This document shows positions 28,224-41,800 of a stretch of 64,000 nucleotides of DNA, one piece after another. Where the stretch lies: NCBI GenBank assembly GCA_963733035.1, contig CAVTBU010000006.1, positions 1 through 64,000 on the forward strand, written 5' to 3'. Made by a program: the position numbers and the translations under genes. The notes beneath the pieces are model-generated. The model saw only the letters and a list, made by a program, of their open reading frames with translations. It was not told the DNA's origin and ran no database searches. Numbering within the stretch: the first letter of the stretch is position 1; each line of letters starts with the position of its first letter. Source of the DNA: Pirellulales bacterium. GTDB taxonomy: Bacteria > Planctomycetota > Planctomycetia > Pirellulales > PALSA-1355.

Positions 28224-29078
28224 GTGGCAAACGTGCTCGTAGAGAAGCAGCAACCCCAATGGCACAAACGAATGGAAACCATTGATTCGGTCGTCGACGC
28301 GATTCACCTGCCCGACTCGCTGTCGAGCGACGTCGACCAGGACCAGGAATGGTGCGAGGCGGTCATCGATGGGGAAAAACGGCGGTATCGGTTTCACGAC
28401 TACGACCGCATCTACGAAGTGCCAGGACTTTACGAGTCAGTCTTCTACCGTACGCTGAAATGTTGTTCGCCGAGTCGCGTGGTTTGGCTATTGGCCGATA
28501 TGATGCGGGATCTTGGCGGCGAATTTGCGAAGATGCGGGTGCTCGACGTGGGGGCTGGCAACGGCATGGTTGGGGACGAGTTGGCGGCGCATAGCGATCC
28601 GTTTCTGGTCGGTGTCGACATCATCCCCGAAGCGCGCAAGGCCGCGAAACGAGATCGTCCAGGGCTATACGACGACTATCGCGTCGTGGATCTAACAGAA
28701 CTCGACGAACGCGAAGAAGAGCGACTGCGCGGCTATTCGCTAAATTGTCTGACGTCCGTCGCGGCGTTGGGTTACGGCGATATTCCGCCCGCGGCCTTTA
28801 TTAAGGCGCTCGACCTGATCGAAACCCCCGGCTGGGTGGCTTTCACGATCAAGGAGGATTTTCTCTACGAGGATGACACCACCGGATTCTGCAAGATGAT
28901 TCGGATGCTATCCCGCGAACGGATCTTGCCGATCCAGGCGTATCGGCGCTATCGTCATCGCCTTTCGATGGCGGGTGAGCCGTTGTATTATGTGGCGATG
29001 GTTGCCCGCAAAGAACGCGACTTGCCCGACGCGCTTTTGGAGCACAAGTTCGACTTTGACTCGACGGGTACCGCATAG
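28224..29078 (+). CDS. Class I SAM-dependent methyltransferase
   Basis: VLDVGAGNG motif I; GVD at the end of strand 2. Confidence 0.85.
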   Translation: MANVLVEKQQPQWHKRMETIDSVVDAIHLPDSLSSDVDQDQEWCEAVIDGEKRRYRFHDYDRIYEVPGLYESVFYRTLKCCSPSRVVWLLADMMRDLGGEFAKMRVLDVGAGNGMVGDELAAHSDPFLVGVDIIPEARKAAKRDRPGLYDDYRVVDLTELDEREEERLRGYSLNCLTSVAALGYGDIPPAAFIKALDLIETPGWVAFTIKEDFLYEDDTTGFCKMIRMLSRERILPIQAYRRYRHRLSMAGEPLYYVAMVARKERDLPDALLEHKFDFDSTGTA

Positions 29079-29247
29079 CCGGACAACGGTACGCTCGCAG
29101 ATCGTTGCATTGCAGAACTCTTGTCGCAGTAATCCGCGAGATGCAATCGGCGTTCAGAACATGCCGCGCGGACGATCATGGCCGCGGTCCACAGCCGCTG
29201 CCTATTTTGACTCGGACCGAATTGCCACAAACGTTGGGAGAACGGCG

Positions 29248-30561
29248 ATGCTTCGTTCGCTCGGTAGTTGTGTCGTCCTGGTGCTGGTTGCCGCACTTGC
29301 CGGCTCTCCCGGCGCGGAAGCCGCCAAGTTACGGGCTGGAGTCGCTCGCATCGATATCACACCGCCGCTCGAACTCGGTGCGCCGCTCGGCGGCTATGGA
29401 GAGCGAATGAATCGACCGGCCGAGGGCGTGCACGATCGGATCTTTGCCAAGGCGTTGGTGCTCAGCGATGGACAGCACAAGTTCGCGTTGGTGACCGCCG
29501 ACGCCTTGGGATTTCCACCTCCGGTCAAACCGGCGATCCTTGAGCAGCTTGCCGGCGATGGATGGACCAAGAGTCAGCTGATGTTGCTAGCGAGTCATTC
29601 GCACACCAGCATTGAGATGAACGCGATTAACCCGTTGAATACGTTTCAGGTTCCGCAGCTCGGCATCTTCAACGCCCGCGTCTACGAGTTCGTGACGACG
29701 CGGCTAGTGCAGGTTATTCAGGACGCGCAACAGGACTTAGTTCCCGTTTCGGTCGGTACGACGAGTATGGCGATTGAGCGCTGGAACCGCAATCGGCGCG
29801 GCGGCAGTGTCACGGATAAGGATCTGACCGTTACACGGATTGATACGATCGATGGCAAACCACTGTGCGTGTTGGTGAACTTTACCGCGCATCCGACCTT
29901 CATGTCGGAAGCGGACATGCTGTTTTCCGGCGGCTGGCCAGGCCATCTGCAACGCACGCTGGAATCGCTGATTGGCGACGGCGTTACCGCAATGTACTAC
30001 AACGGCGCCGAGGGTGACCAGGCACCCCTGGGACGCCCCGATTCGGGCGATAGTCGGTGGGAACGGGCCGAGCGCTACGGCCGCGACCTGGGTATCGTTG
30101 CCTGGAAACAGTGGCAGCAGGTCAAAACGCAGACCGACGTAGCGTTTGCCTACCACCTGCAGACGATCGATTTACCCGAGAGATCCTGGCATCCTGACTT
30201 TAAAGAAACGGGTGGTGCGGAGTACGGCCTCAGCGAGACGCTGCTCAAGGAAATGTTGCCACGGTTGTTTCCCGCGAAAGCAGACAGTGTTTCGTTGCGC
30301 GTCGGCGATTTGCTGATCATCGGTATTCCGGGGGAAATGGCGGCCGCTTTGGGCATTAAAATCAAAACCGAGGCCAAGGAAATCACGGGAGCCAAATATC
30401 CGACCATCGGCGGTCTGGCGGACTATTGGCTGAGCTACATTCTGTCGGCCGACGAGTATCGTCGCGGCGGGTACGAAGCAAGCGTCAGCTTCTACGGCGA
30501 AACGCTTGGCGACACCATTGCGGCTGGCGCAATTGCCGGCGTTCGAGAATTGGCCCGATAG
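29248..30561 (+). CDS. Neutral/alkaline ceramidase N-terminal domain-like secreted hydrolase
   Basis: Signal peptide, DITPP, SHSHT, FTAHPT, GAEGDQ, PGE, GGYE. Confidence 0.85.
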   Translation: MLRSLGSCVVLVLVAALAGSPGAEAAKLRAGVARIDITPPLELGAPLGGYGERMNRPAEGVHDRIFAKALVLSDGQHKFALVTADALGFPPPVKPAILEQLAGDGWTKSQLMLLASHSHTSIEMNAINPLNTFQVPQLGIFNARVYEFVTTRLVQVIQDAQQDLVPVSVGTTSMAIERWNRNRRGGSVTDKDLTVTRIDTIDGKPLCVLVNFTAHPTFMSEADMLFSGGWPGHLQRTLESLIGDGVTAMYYNGAEGDQAPLGRPDSGDSRWERAERYGRDLGIVAWKQWQQVKTQTDVAFAYHLQTIDLPERSWHPDFKETGGAEYGLSETLLKEMLPRLFPAKADSVSLRVGDLLIIGIPGEMAAALGIKIKTEAKEITGAKYPTIGGLADYWLSYILSADEYRRGGYEASVSFYGETLGDTIAAGAIAGVRELAR

Positions 30562-30594
30562 TAGCTGGTGGCGATTGTCGGATCCGGTGATTGC

Positions 30595-32502
30595 TCACTG
30601 AGCTTGCATGCCTGCGAACACGCGAATTCGCACTTGCGACGGCGACTGCGACGATCGATACACGCGTTGGGTTGCTGGTTGAAAGTCATCGTTCTTCGCG
30701 TGGTAAACGTCCATAAACTTCTGCGGGTTGCGGTCGACCAGTGGAAACCATGAGCTTTGCACCTGCACCATGATGCGGTGGCCCCGGCGAAAGGTGTGGA
30801 ATGCGTCCGGCATAACGTATTCGACCCGGGTAATCTCGCCGGGGGTGAACGGCTCCGGCTTTTCGAAGCTGTTGCGGAACTTGCCACGCATCGCCTCGCC
30901 GCGCACAAGCTGTTGGTACCCGCCCAATTGCACGCCGGTCGGATTCGGATCGGGATTGGGAAAGTCGCCTGAGTAGACATCGATCAGCTTCACCACCCAG
31001 TCGGAATCGGTGCCCGTGGTCGATACGAACAGGGATGGCGTAATTGGCCCTGCGATGGTGACATCCTCTTCCAGCGGTTCGGTGGCATAGACCAATACAT
31101 CAGGTCGCGTGGCGGCAAAACGCTGATCATCCACCATGTGCTCGACCGTCATTCCAATCGCGATATTGGGAATGAATGGGACAGGTTTGGCGGGATCGCT
31201 AACGTACTGGTCGAAGGATTCCGGCTCGGCCGCAGCGGGCGGATCGGTGCTGAGCCGACCATCGGGATGAAAATACAGAGTTTTCTCCGCAGTCGCCTGA
31301 GGAGGCCAACTTGCGAATCGCCTCCATTGATTCGTGCCAGTCTCAAAGACATAGGCTTCGGGCAATTCCGGATCTGGCTCGCCTTTGAGAAAGTGCTTGA
31401 GGAACGGCAACTCGATGTGGCGACGGTAGAATGCGGCAGTCTTCTGGTTGAACGGAACGTGACCGAGATGCTCACCGTCGCTGGCGTGCCAGGCGCCGTG
31501 CGACCAAGGTCCCATCACAAGAATGTTATAGGCTCCGGGCGATTGCGACTCGTTGCTTTGATACACGTGCAGCGGCCCGTACAGGTCTTCGGCATCAAAC
31601 CAACCTCCCACGGTCATCACGGCGGGGCGGATATTCTTCAGGTGGGGCAAGATGTTGCGTGCCTTCCAAAAGGCATCGTACGTGCCGTGTTCGTTGAGTT
31701 CGTTCCAGAAGATGACGTCTTTCTCGAAGTGTTTCTTTTGCACTTCATCGAGCGGCCCGAGATTGAGGTAGAATTCGTACCCGTTTGGGGTTCCGTAGTC
31801 GAAAGGGCTTGGAGATTGGCGGGTTGGCTTTGATAGGGGTTGTCCAAATGCGGAAAGAAAGCGAAACGCATGGGCGAGGTACAGTGCGCCGTTGTGACGA
31901 AAATCGTCGCCGATAAACCAGTCCGTTACGGGTGCCTGGGGAGACACGCACTTGAGTGCCGGATGGGCGTCAATCATGCCTGCCGCCGAATAGAACCCGG
32001 GATACGAGATGCCCAGCAGGCCGACATTGCCGTTGTTTAGCGGCACGTTCTTCACGAGCCAGTCGATCGTGTCGTACGTATCGGTGCTTTCGTCAATGTC
32101 TTTAGGTCCTTTGCGATCCATGTGCGGGCGGACGTGCACGAACTGGCCTTCCGACGCATTTCGCCCACGCACGTCCTGATAGACAAAGATGAAGCCTTCC
32201 TTTGCGTAGTGTTTCATCTGCCAGCGAGGAGATTGCGGGTAGTTGCTGGCCCCGTATGGCCGCAGGCCGTAGGGTGTTCGTTGCAACAGAATCGGATACG
32301 TCTGGGAGCCATCCTTGGGCACATAGGCGGCCGTGAACAGATGAACTCCGTCGCGCATGGGAATCTTGTATTCATATTTCGTGAAGTGTGCTTTGATGTA
32401 GGCGTGATCCGCGACGAAAGAATCGTCCGATGCGCGAGCGATGCCTGCGTCCAGCAACACGACCAACAACAACACGGACCATTTCCAGCAGACCTGCATC
32501 AT
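30595..32502 (-). CDS. CocE/NonD family (S15) hydrolase
   Basis: MRDGVHL, RTPY, QDVRGR, GISYPG nucleophile, FDAED, GPWSH. Confidence 0.93.
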   Translation of the reverse strand: MMQVCWKWSVLLLVVLLDAGIARASDDSFVADHAYIKAHFTKYEYKIPMRDGVHLFTAAYVPKDGSQTYPILLQRTPYGLRPYGASNYPQSPRWQMKHYAKEGFIFVYQDVRGRNASEGQFVHVRPHMDRKGPKDIDESTDTYDTIDWLVKNVPLNNGNVGLLGISYPGFYSAAGMIDAHPALKCVSPQAPVTDWFIGDDFRHNGALYLAHAFRFLSAFGQPLSKPTRQSPSPFDYGTPNGYEFYLNLGPLDEVQKKHFEKDVIFWNELNEHGTYDAFWKARNILPHLKNIRPAVMTVGGWFDAEDLYGPLHVYQSNESQSPGAYNILVMGPWSHGAWHASDGEHLGHVPFNQKTAAFYRRHIELPFLKHFLKGEPDPELPEAYVFETGTNQWRRFASWPPQATAEKTLYFHPDGRLSTDPPAAAEPESFDQYVSDPAKPVPFIPNIAIGMTVEHMVDDQRFAATRPDVLVYATEPLEEDVTIAGPITPSLFVSTTGTDSDWVVKLIDVYSGDFPNPDPNPTGVQLGGYQQLVRGEAMRGKFRNSFEKPEPFTPGEITRVEYVMPDAFHTFRRGHRIMVQVQSSWFPLVDRNPQKFMDVYHAKNDDFQPATQRVYRSSQSPSQVRIRVFAGMQAQ

Positions 32503-32974
32503 AAATTTCCCTTCGATCGGTTGCCTCGGCGACGAGTCCGCCGGTAGCCAAGTCTAGTTGCATCACGTCTTGATGCTGATTCTAGCTCGCCGCGAGGGGA
32601 GTTTCATTAACCCCCAGGGCTGAGGCCCACTTTGAAGCCAATCGCTGTGCGACGATGGCCAAATATGGCTGCAGAATTTCGCGTAATTGGCGACTTTTTT
32701 CGCTGTCGGGCGCCCTCGGCACGGCGGACGGGATATTCGGAAGCGGCACGACGCCCCACGAGAGTGATCGACGTGTTTAATTCTTGCAGCTGATGCCGCG
32801 GCGAGCGCCCGTCGAGCAGGGTGATTGAAAATGCTCCAGACGTCGAACGACCCAGGACCGGGACAAATACGTCGAACGTGGTCTACGCTGTGCGGGCAAA
32901 ATGCCGCGCCAGCACGACGTTAAAAGTGCTATCGATGCCGAATGTCTTGGGTGCAACTCGGGCCCGTTCGGCTT

Positions 32975-32989
32975 TGGCATGTCCCTTGC
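32975..32989 (+). promoter_or_regulatory. Sigma-54 (-24/-12) promoter
   Basis: TGGCATGTCCCTTGC with exact GG-N10-GC spacing, ~50 nt upstream of AAAGGAGG-ATG 33042. Confidence 0.7.
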
Positions 32990-33041
32990 GGCTAAAGGTT
33001 TATCGGGTCGAGATATTCTCTAAGCATAAAGGAGGTGTTCC

Positions 33042-33725
33042 ATGTTTGTGAAATCAAGATCCTCGATTATCTCCCGGTCGGGCCTTATTTTGGCGGCCGT
33101 TGGAGTAATGTATGTTTCGTCCGGCTGGGCCGGTGCACAAGACTCGCGGGTGTCAAATTCCGGAGATCAATATCGGGGGCAGCTTGCGTCCTATTTCACC
33201 GACAAAATCATGCTCGCGGACCAAGGCATCGTTGGACTGAGCAAGCTTGCCGAACAACGCTCCCAATCGGCGGAGTTGAAGCAATTCGCCCAGAAATTGG
33301 TCCAGGAGCATACGCGATTGGATGAAAAACTGAATCAGGTGGTGCCGGAGGCCCGGGCTCTGTTTGTGGAGCATAGTCGGGCGGTTTCACGTGATGCGAC
33401 CCAGGTGCGTACTTCCGCGCGCGAAAGGGGCAGCCACGACGTACTCACGCGTTTGTGCATGATCAACCATCGTGCCGCGAAGAGCGAATTGGAACGGTCG
33501 AAGCAATTGCTTGAAAAGTACCAGGGATATGACTTCGATATGGCGTTCCTGGGAATGCAGATCAGCGGTCACACCTGGTTGCTCTCGGAGCTCAATGCCC
33601 TTGACGGCGTCGGGTCAAAAGAATTCCAGCAAGCGGTAGAATATGCCACGAAGATCGTAGCCGACCATCTGCATGAGGCGGAGACGCTGACAAAGAAGCT
33701 CGAAGACGAGCACCACAAGTCGTAG
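33042..33725 (+). CDS. DUF4142 (ferritin-like fold) secreted protein
   Basis: Signal peptide, LSKLAEQRSQSAELKQFAQKLVQEH, FDMAFLGMQISGH, HL..A. Confidence 0.8.
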   Translation: MFVKSRSSIISRSGLILAAVGVMYVSSGWAGAQDSRVSNSGDQYRGQLASYFTDKIMLADQGIVGLSKLAEQRSQSAELKQFAQKLVQEHTRLDEKLNQVVPEARALFVEHSRAVSRDATQVRTSARERGSHDVLTRLCMINHRAAKSELERSKQLLEKYQGYDFDMAFLGMQISGHTWLLSELNALDGVGSKEFQQAVEYATKIVADHLHEAETLTKKLEDEHHKS

Positions 33726-33932
33726 TCCAGCAAGCGACTCTTCAGCGAGCGGGCGGCCGATGCAATTTTGGAGCCCGCTCGACTCGTTTACACCTTCCAT
33801 CAAGTCGTGGGTTGAATGCGCGACCACGACACGATTTTGTACCGTATTGCAGGAATTCGAGGACCCGCGTCACGCCAAACCGATGAGGCAAGGGGGGAAG
33901 GCATATGACCTAAGTCGGGGTTTGTTCTTTCG

Positions 33933-35321
33933 TCAGGCGAGGATCGCGTCGAGCACGTTGCCGTGGACGTCGGTCAGACGAAAGTCGCGTCCCGCGTAGC
34001 GGTAGGTTACTCGTTTGTGATCGAGTCCCAGCAGATGCAGGATCGTCGCGTGGTAGTCGTGAACATGACAAGGGTCTTTGGCGATCTGCATGCCGTACTC
34101 GTCGGTTTCGCCGTAAGCCAGGCCACCGCGGACTCCGCCACCGGCCAATAGGCAGCTGAACGCGTCGATAAAGTGCTCGCGTCCCTTGCCGTTGAATGTG
34201 GTGGGCGTGCGACCAAACTCGGTGCAGATGGCAACCAGGGTATCGTCGAACAGTCCGCGACGCTTGAGGTCGAGAAGCAAACCCGTGAGTGCCCGATCGA
34301 CGCGCAGCGCCTTCGGACGATGGTCCTCCATGTTGCCGTGCGCATCCCAGTTGTCGTGAGAACCGGTGTCGATTAATTCAACGGTTCTGACACCATGTTC
34401 GAGCAGCCGTCGCGCCAGCAGGCATTGTGCGGCGAAGGATTTCTTCTCGCCGGGCTCGGCACCATACAGCGCAAGCGTTTCGGCCGATTCGCGACCAAGG
34501 TCAAATACCTCTGGCGCCGCCCGCATCATGCCCCGGGCCGTGGCGAAGCTGGCAGTACGAGCGGGCAGGTTGAGATCATCCTGGCGTGCATCGGCATGTA
34601 GACGATTGACATCGTCGAGCATTTGCCGTTCGAGTTCGGCAATCGTCGCCGATTGGATCGATGATTTCAGGTCCGGAATCGGATCGTCCCCAGGCACGAT
34701 CCGCACACCCTGATGCAAGGGTGGCAAGAAGTTGCTATCGAATACTTGAGCCCCGGCGTACGGCAGGTGTTCGCATAGCACGACATACGGCGGCAAGTTC
34801 GGATTGAACGTTCCCAGCGCATAGCTCAGCCAGGCGCCGATGCTTGGCATGGGAACCGTCGATGAGCCCGTGTGCATGGCCAATGTGGCTTGAAAGTGCT
34901 CAACGATATCAGTGTGCATGCTGCGGATGACACATAAGTCGTCGGCCACGAGTCCCAGCTGCGGGAACAATTCGCTAAAGGGTAAGCCTGAAGATCCGTG
35001 TTGTTCGAATTTGAACGGCGATGGCATTAGCTTGGCGTTCGGATTGCCGCGAAGCTGGTGCGTTGTCAACTGACGGCCCTGGTCCGTTGCAAGACGCGGC
35101 TTCGGATCAAACGTATCGACGTGCGAAAAGCCTCCGGTCAGGAAGATAAACAACAGTCGTTTTGCCTTGGCGGGATGATGTCCTGGCTGCGGAGCCAACG
35201 CAAAACCGCCGTGCACCTTGGCAGCCAGTGCGAGCTGCTCCCGCAGCCCGAGAGCCGCCGTGGCGCCGGCGGCGGATCGGCAAAGAAATTGACGGCGATT
35301 GAGCGGTTGGATGCGACGCAT
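33933..35321 (-). CDS. DUF1501 protein (Tat-exported)
   Basis: NRRQFL, GGFSHVDTFDPKP, WDAH, EFGRTP, HDYHATIL, RDFRLTDVHG. Confidence 0.93.
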   Translation of the reverse strand: MRRIQPLNRRQFLCRSAAGATAALGLREQLALAAKVHGGFALAPQPGHHPAKAKRLLFIFLTGGFSHVDTFDPKPRLATDQGRQLTTHQLRGNPNAKLMPSPFKFEQHGSSGLPFSELFPQLGLVADDLCVIRSMHTDIVEHFQATLAMHTGSSTVPMPSIGAWLSYALGTFNPNLPPYVVLCEHLPYAGAQVFDSNFLPPLHQGVRIVPGDDPIPDLKSSIQSATIAELERQMLDDVNRLHADARQDDLNLPARTASFATARGMMRAAPEVFDLGRESAETLALYGAEPGEKKSFAAQCLLARRLLEHGVRTVELIDTGSHDNWDAHGNMEDHRPKALRVDRALTGLLLDLKRRGLFDDTLVAICTEFGRTPTTFNGKGREHFIDAFSCLLAGGGVRGGLAYGETDEYGMQIAKDPCHVHDYHATILHLLGLDHKRVTYRYAGRDFRLTDVHGNVLDAILA

Positions 35322-35328
35322 TGGAGCC

Positions 35329-37697
<2,369 letters not shown>

Positions 37698-37847
37698 GGC
37701 GAAAAGCCTCGGCTGAACCGGGGGTGGGAGGATCAAGCAGGAATGGCAGTATACCATGTTCCGCAATTCGATTGTGCATCGGAATTGCGGATTTGAAGAA
37801 CCCAACGGCAGCGCACCGCAGCGGACGAGATGCAGGCGGGAACCCGG

Positions 37848-38795
37848 TTATTTAACCGACGTTGCGTTGAGAAAGTCGGACACCGCGGGCGGTCCCTGCA
37901 GGTAGCCCAATTCGCTGAGAAATCGGTCTGTTTCTTCCAAGGTGGCGGCAAACATCCGACCGTCGCCGCGGCCGTAGTTGAAAAAGCCGTGCCCTTGGTC
38001 GGCATAGGAGTGAAGGGTACAACGATTGTTGGCGTCCTTCATTGCCTGCTCGAACGCGGCTGCGGATTCGTGTGGCACGGTGCGGTCGGCCGTGCCGTGA
38101 AAGATCACGGTTGGCGGTATGCCTGACGACACGTGATGATACGGAGAAAGCTCACGCGGCTCGACGCCAGTGCGTTCTTTCAAACTGCTCAGGCGGGCAC
38201 TGTCGATTGCCAATCCCTCGACCGGCGCCAGGACCAAGGCCGGATTAAATAGAACCATCGCGTTCGGCCGCGAGCTGATGGACGAATCTTCGTCTGATTC
38301 GTCAAACGCGGTGATCGTGCCGGTGGCTGCCGCCAGATGCCCACCAGCCGATCCACCCGCCGCCACGATTCGATTGGGGTCGACGTGCAACTTGTCCGCG
38401 TTTGCTCGCACCCAGCGGATTGCACTCTTGGCATCGCGGACGCAATCGACCGCCTTCACATGATGCCGGCTCGCGACACGGTAGTCGGCCGTGATGGCCA
38501 CCATGCCACGTGATGCCAGATATCGACAGTGTTGAACGAACTGCTGGGGCGAACCGGAACGCCATCCACCGCCAAAAAAGAACACAATTGCCGGACGATG
38601 GTCACCTGACTTCAAGTCGGCGGGCTCGTAAACGTAAAGGCTCAACTTCGTGTCACCAATCGTCTTGTAGGTTTCGACGCGAGCACCAGGAAGCTTGGGT
38701 GGGTACTCGGGGGGACCGTTTCGCGGGGCATCTTGGGCGGCGCAGAACGAACTAACCAATAGCAATAGCGCAAGAGACATGAACGCGAATCGCAT
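37848..38795 (-). CDS. Secreted alpha/beta hydrolase (HSL-like esterase)
   Basis: FFGGGW, GGSAGGHLA, HGTADRTVP, HGF. Confidence 0.92.
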   Translation of the reverse strand: MRFAFMSLALLLLVSSFCAAQDAPRNGPPEYPPKLPGARVETYKTIGDTKLSLYVYEPADLKSGDHRPAIVFFFGGGWRSGSPQQFVQHCRYLASRGMVAITADYRVASRHHVKAVDCVRDAKSAIRWVRANADKLHVDPNRIVAAGGSAGGHLAAATGTITAFDESDEDSSISSRPNAMVLFNPALVLAPVEGLAIDSARLSSLKERTGVEPRELSPYHHVSSGIPPTVIFHGTADRTVPHESAAAFEQAMKDANNRCTLHSYADQGHGFFNYGRGDGRMFAATLEETDRFLSELGYLQGPPAVSDFLNATSVK

Positions 38796-38876
38796 GGGTG
38801 TGGCTCCTCGGGGCGACGAGACTCGAACTGCGCAGCACCACTAGCATAAGTGACGCGGAGCGGCCGACCAAGCAAT

Positions 38877-41800
38877 TTAGCGGGCGGAAGCGGGTGACGC
38901 GCTCGGCTGCGTCATCGTCACGGCAGGAATCGACGCCTCGGCCGTCGACTGGGAGCGGGGAGCTTCTTGCTTCCCGGGCTCATTTGCGGCAGATGCACTG
39001 GGTCTAGGCAGTTCCGTCCAGCTAACGTCCGCACGAGTATGCAGACGAGCGGCGATCTCCGTGTAGTCGTTTCGCCCTGAAATCAATCGAGCCGCGACGT
39101 GGGGTAGCGACAGTTCTTGTTGCTCGTAGCAGAGCGTCAGGTCCGCGTCGGAGTCATTGAGGATCGTCGGCTGTGGGTTGAGCAAGTTGCCGAGAGCATC
39201 GCGAAGGGGAGCGTTGGCTTCGCGGTCGGGCAGGATTGCGAGCAGACGCTGACAGCCGGCGCAGTCGATGAGTTTGGGTCGGGCGGCTTCCTGGCAGGCC
39301 GTTAGCCGCGCCGTCTGCCGCTCGACATCGTGATCGGTTCCGAGTACCGCGTCGCTAAGTGAGATGGCTTTCAACGCCTCCAAAACCTCCGCTCTCGCTT
39401 CGGTTCGCAACGCCGCGAGCATGGCAGGCCGCATGGCATCCGCCCGCTGACACACGTTGCGAAGCCCGCCGTTCGGCAAGAGGAACTGCTCTTGAATTCG
39501 CGAGTCGACTCGCTGTGCCAGCCGGGGTAGTTGGCTTTGTAGTTGACCTGCCAATGCGTCCTCGACTTCTTCCAGAATGGTCTCGGCCACGGGCGCGTCA
39601 TCGTCGTCCCATGGGAAGTCCGCGTCAAACTGGTCGGACCATTGGCCGAGTTCACGTTGCAAGTCTTTGATTTGGTCGCCGGCGGAGGTGATTCCGGACC
39701 CCAATAGGCGCAGGAGCTTGACCACTCCTTGGAGCGTGTAGGCTTGTAGCCGCAATCGCATCACAAGCAATAGCATGCCGTCGAGTTCGGCTGCGTGCTT
39801 CTGTTCGGCGCGGCGCGCACCGAACATTCGCGATCGGTTCGGCACGTTGCGTTCCGTGGCGCGCACGGTGCGCTCCAATTCGTGAAGGTTCTGCAGCGTT
39901 TCCTTGACCTGGTCGGTCGCTTCAGCATCGAGGGCTCGGAGATGGACCGCGAGGGCATCTCGAGCCTTGATTGCCCACCCAACTCGGGCTTCAGGGTTGT
40001 TGACCAACTCGAGGATAAATCCACGCAACCCCTCCGACTTGGGAGCCGCAAGCTGTTTCAGACCGCGCTCGACCGCGACATGAGCGGCTGGCAGCGAGAT
40101 CTTGAGGCCATCGGGTCCGGTGTCCGGCGGTTCGAACAGTTCGTGGATGGCTTGCAGGAGGCGAACGCAGGGCGTCCCAGGGCTCGCCTGGCCTTGCGTT
40201 TGCACGTTCGCTCGGAGACGGGCATATAGGGCATCGGCGTCTCCACCAAGCTCCTTGTCGAGCAAGCCGGCGACTGCCGCGCGAAGGTTCGCTAAATTAA
40301 TCCCGAGCGTCTGGCACTGCTCCTCGGGCGACGTGAGTTTCGCAGCCGCGGCGGAAGGGGGTGGGAACAGTGACGGCGGGGCATTGCGGCTGCGACGCTC
40401 GTGGCCGGTGCCGCGCCAGTGATCCACGACTTCCTGGCAAAGCAGTTCGGTTGTAAGAGTTGGCAGCGATGTCTGCAGACTGCCGATCGAGACGGTGCCA
40501 AAGCCGCGGAGTGATACCTGGGCCGCCTCGTCCGATGTCGAGGTTCGACATCGATCAAGCGCCGCGCCGGCCGGGGTCGCCGCGTTCAAATATAGATACG
40601 AGGCCAGCACATTGGTTGCCGCCTCGTATTCGGTTTCGTTCAGATCATTACCCAACGGCACGAAGTAGACGTTGGGAAACGCACCGTTCGATTCTGGTGA
40701 TGTCAGATCACAGGTCGTACCACCGGGGGAGTAGCCGGACTCGCGGTAATGCTGTAGTTCCTTCAGGCAGGCATAGGCGTTCGCGGTGGCCAGCTCCGCT
40801 GCGGAGGTGTTTCGATCTGTCGAGTGGGTAAATATGCCACAAAGCCCTTCGTCGGAACAGCCAGCGTCGCGGAGCAACTTGCGTATCGCGTAGGCGACGT
40901 CGAGCACCATGCCGCCACCCGTGCCACCCGAGATGGACGCAATTACGAAGACGCGCGGCGCATGGGAGTCGAACGGCTGTCCGGTGATTTCGGTCGATGC
41001 AGCCAACGCTTCGGGTGCGATCATGTCCGCCAACGCGGCACGAATCCGGTCCAGCACCTGCGGCTCATGGTCGATGAGCGCCAAGCGACCCAGCGGTCGG
41101 CGGCCTTCGGTTTGAAGCGACCGCGGAATGTTGTACAGCCAGCGCCGGCTGAGCCAACTGAGGATATTGCGGCCGTCGGTCGTGTAGTCGTGGGCGCTGC
41201 GCAGCGGGAGTGCCAAGGTTTCACGATCCGCGAGGGCTGTGTCTCGATTCCCCTCTGTCATCTGGTAGAGATACTTGGCGTCGGTATCAAGCAGCAGCAT
41301 TTGCATTGCCGGTATGCCAGCAGCGGCACCAAAGCGATCGCCCAACCGACGCCGCAATTGACGTAGAACGCGTCCCGCGGTTCCGCCGATGCCCAAGAAC
41401 AAAGTGGGTCGCAACCCGGTGGCGCTAGCATCCGACTCGAGCGGACCGAGTTCGACGATCGGTTCGGCCGCGCCGATGAGTGCCATCGACGCGGCGCATC
41501 GCGACTCAGATAACGGTGCCGGTTCTTCCCCTAGCACCTGCGTGTTGGTGGCAGGTTGTTCGCCACGCCGGTGGCGGCTATCAGTGTCGGTCTTCGAGGC
41601 AGACGACTTGATCGAGGTCGTGTCGCTCGCCGGGCGCTTACCGGGCGCTTCCGGCCAGTCACGACTGGGTTTCGCGCCGAACAGCGCGTCAATCAGGCTG
41701 CGGCAGCTGGGAAATCGCTCGGCCGGATCCTTGGCGAGCGCCCGGCTAACAACGGCCTGATCGTTGGCTGAAAGACCCGACAGCCGTGGACTCGCGTGCA

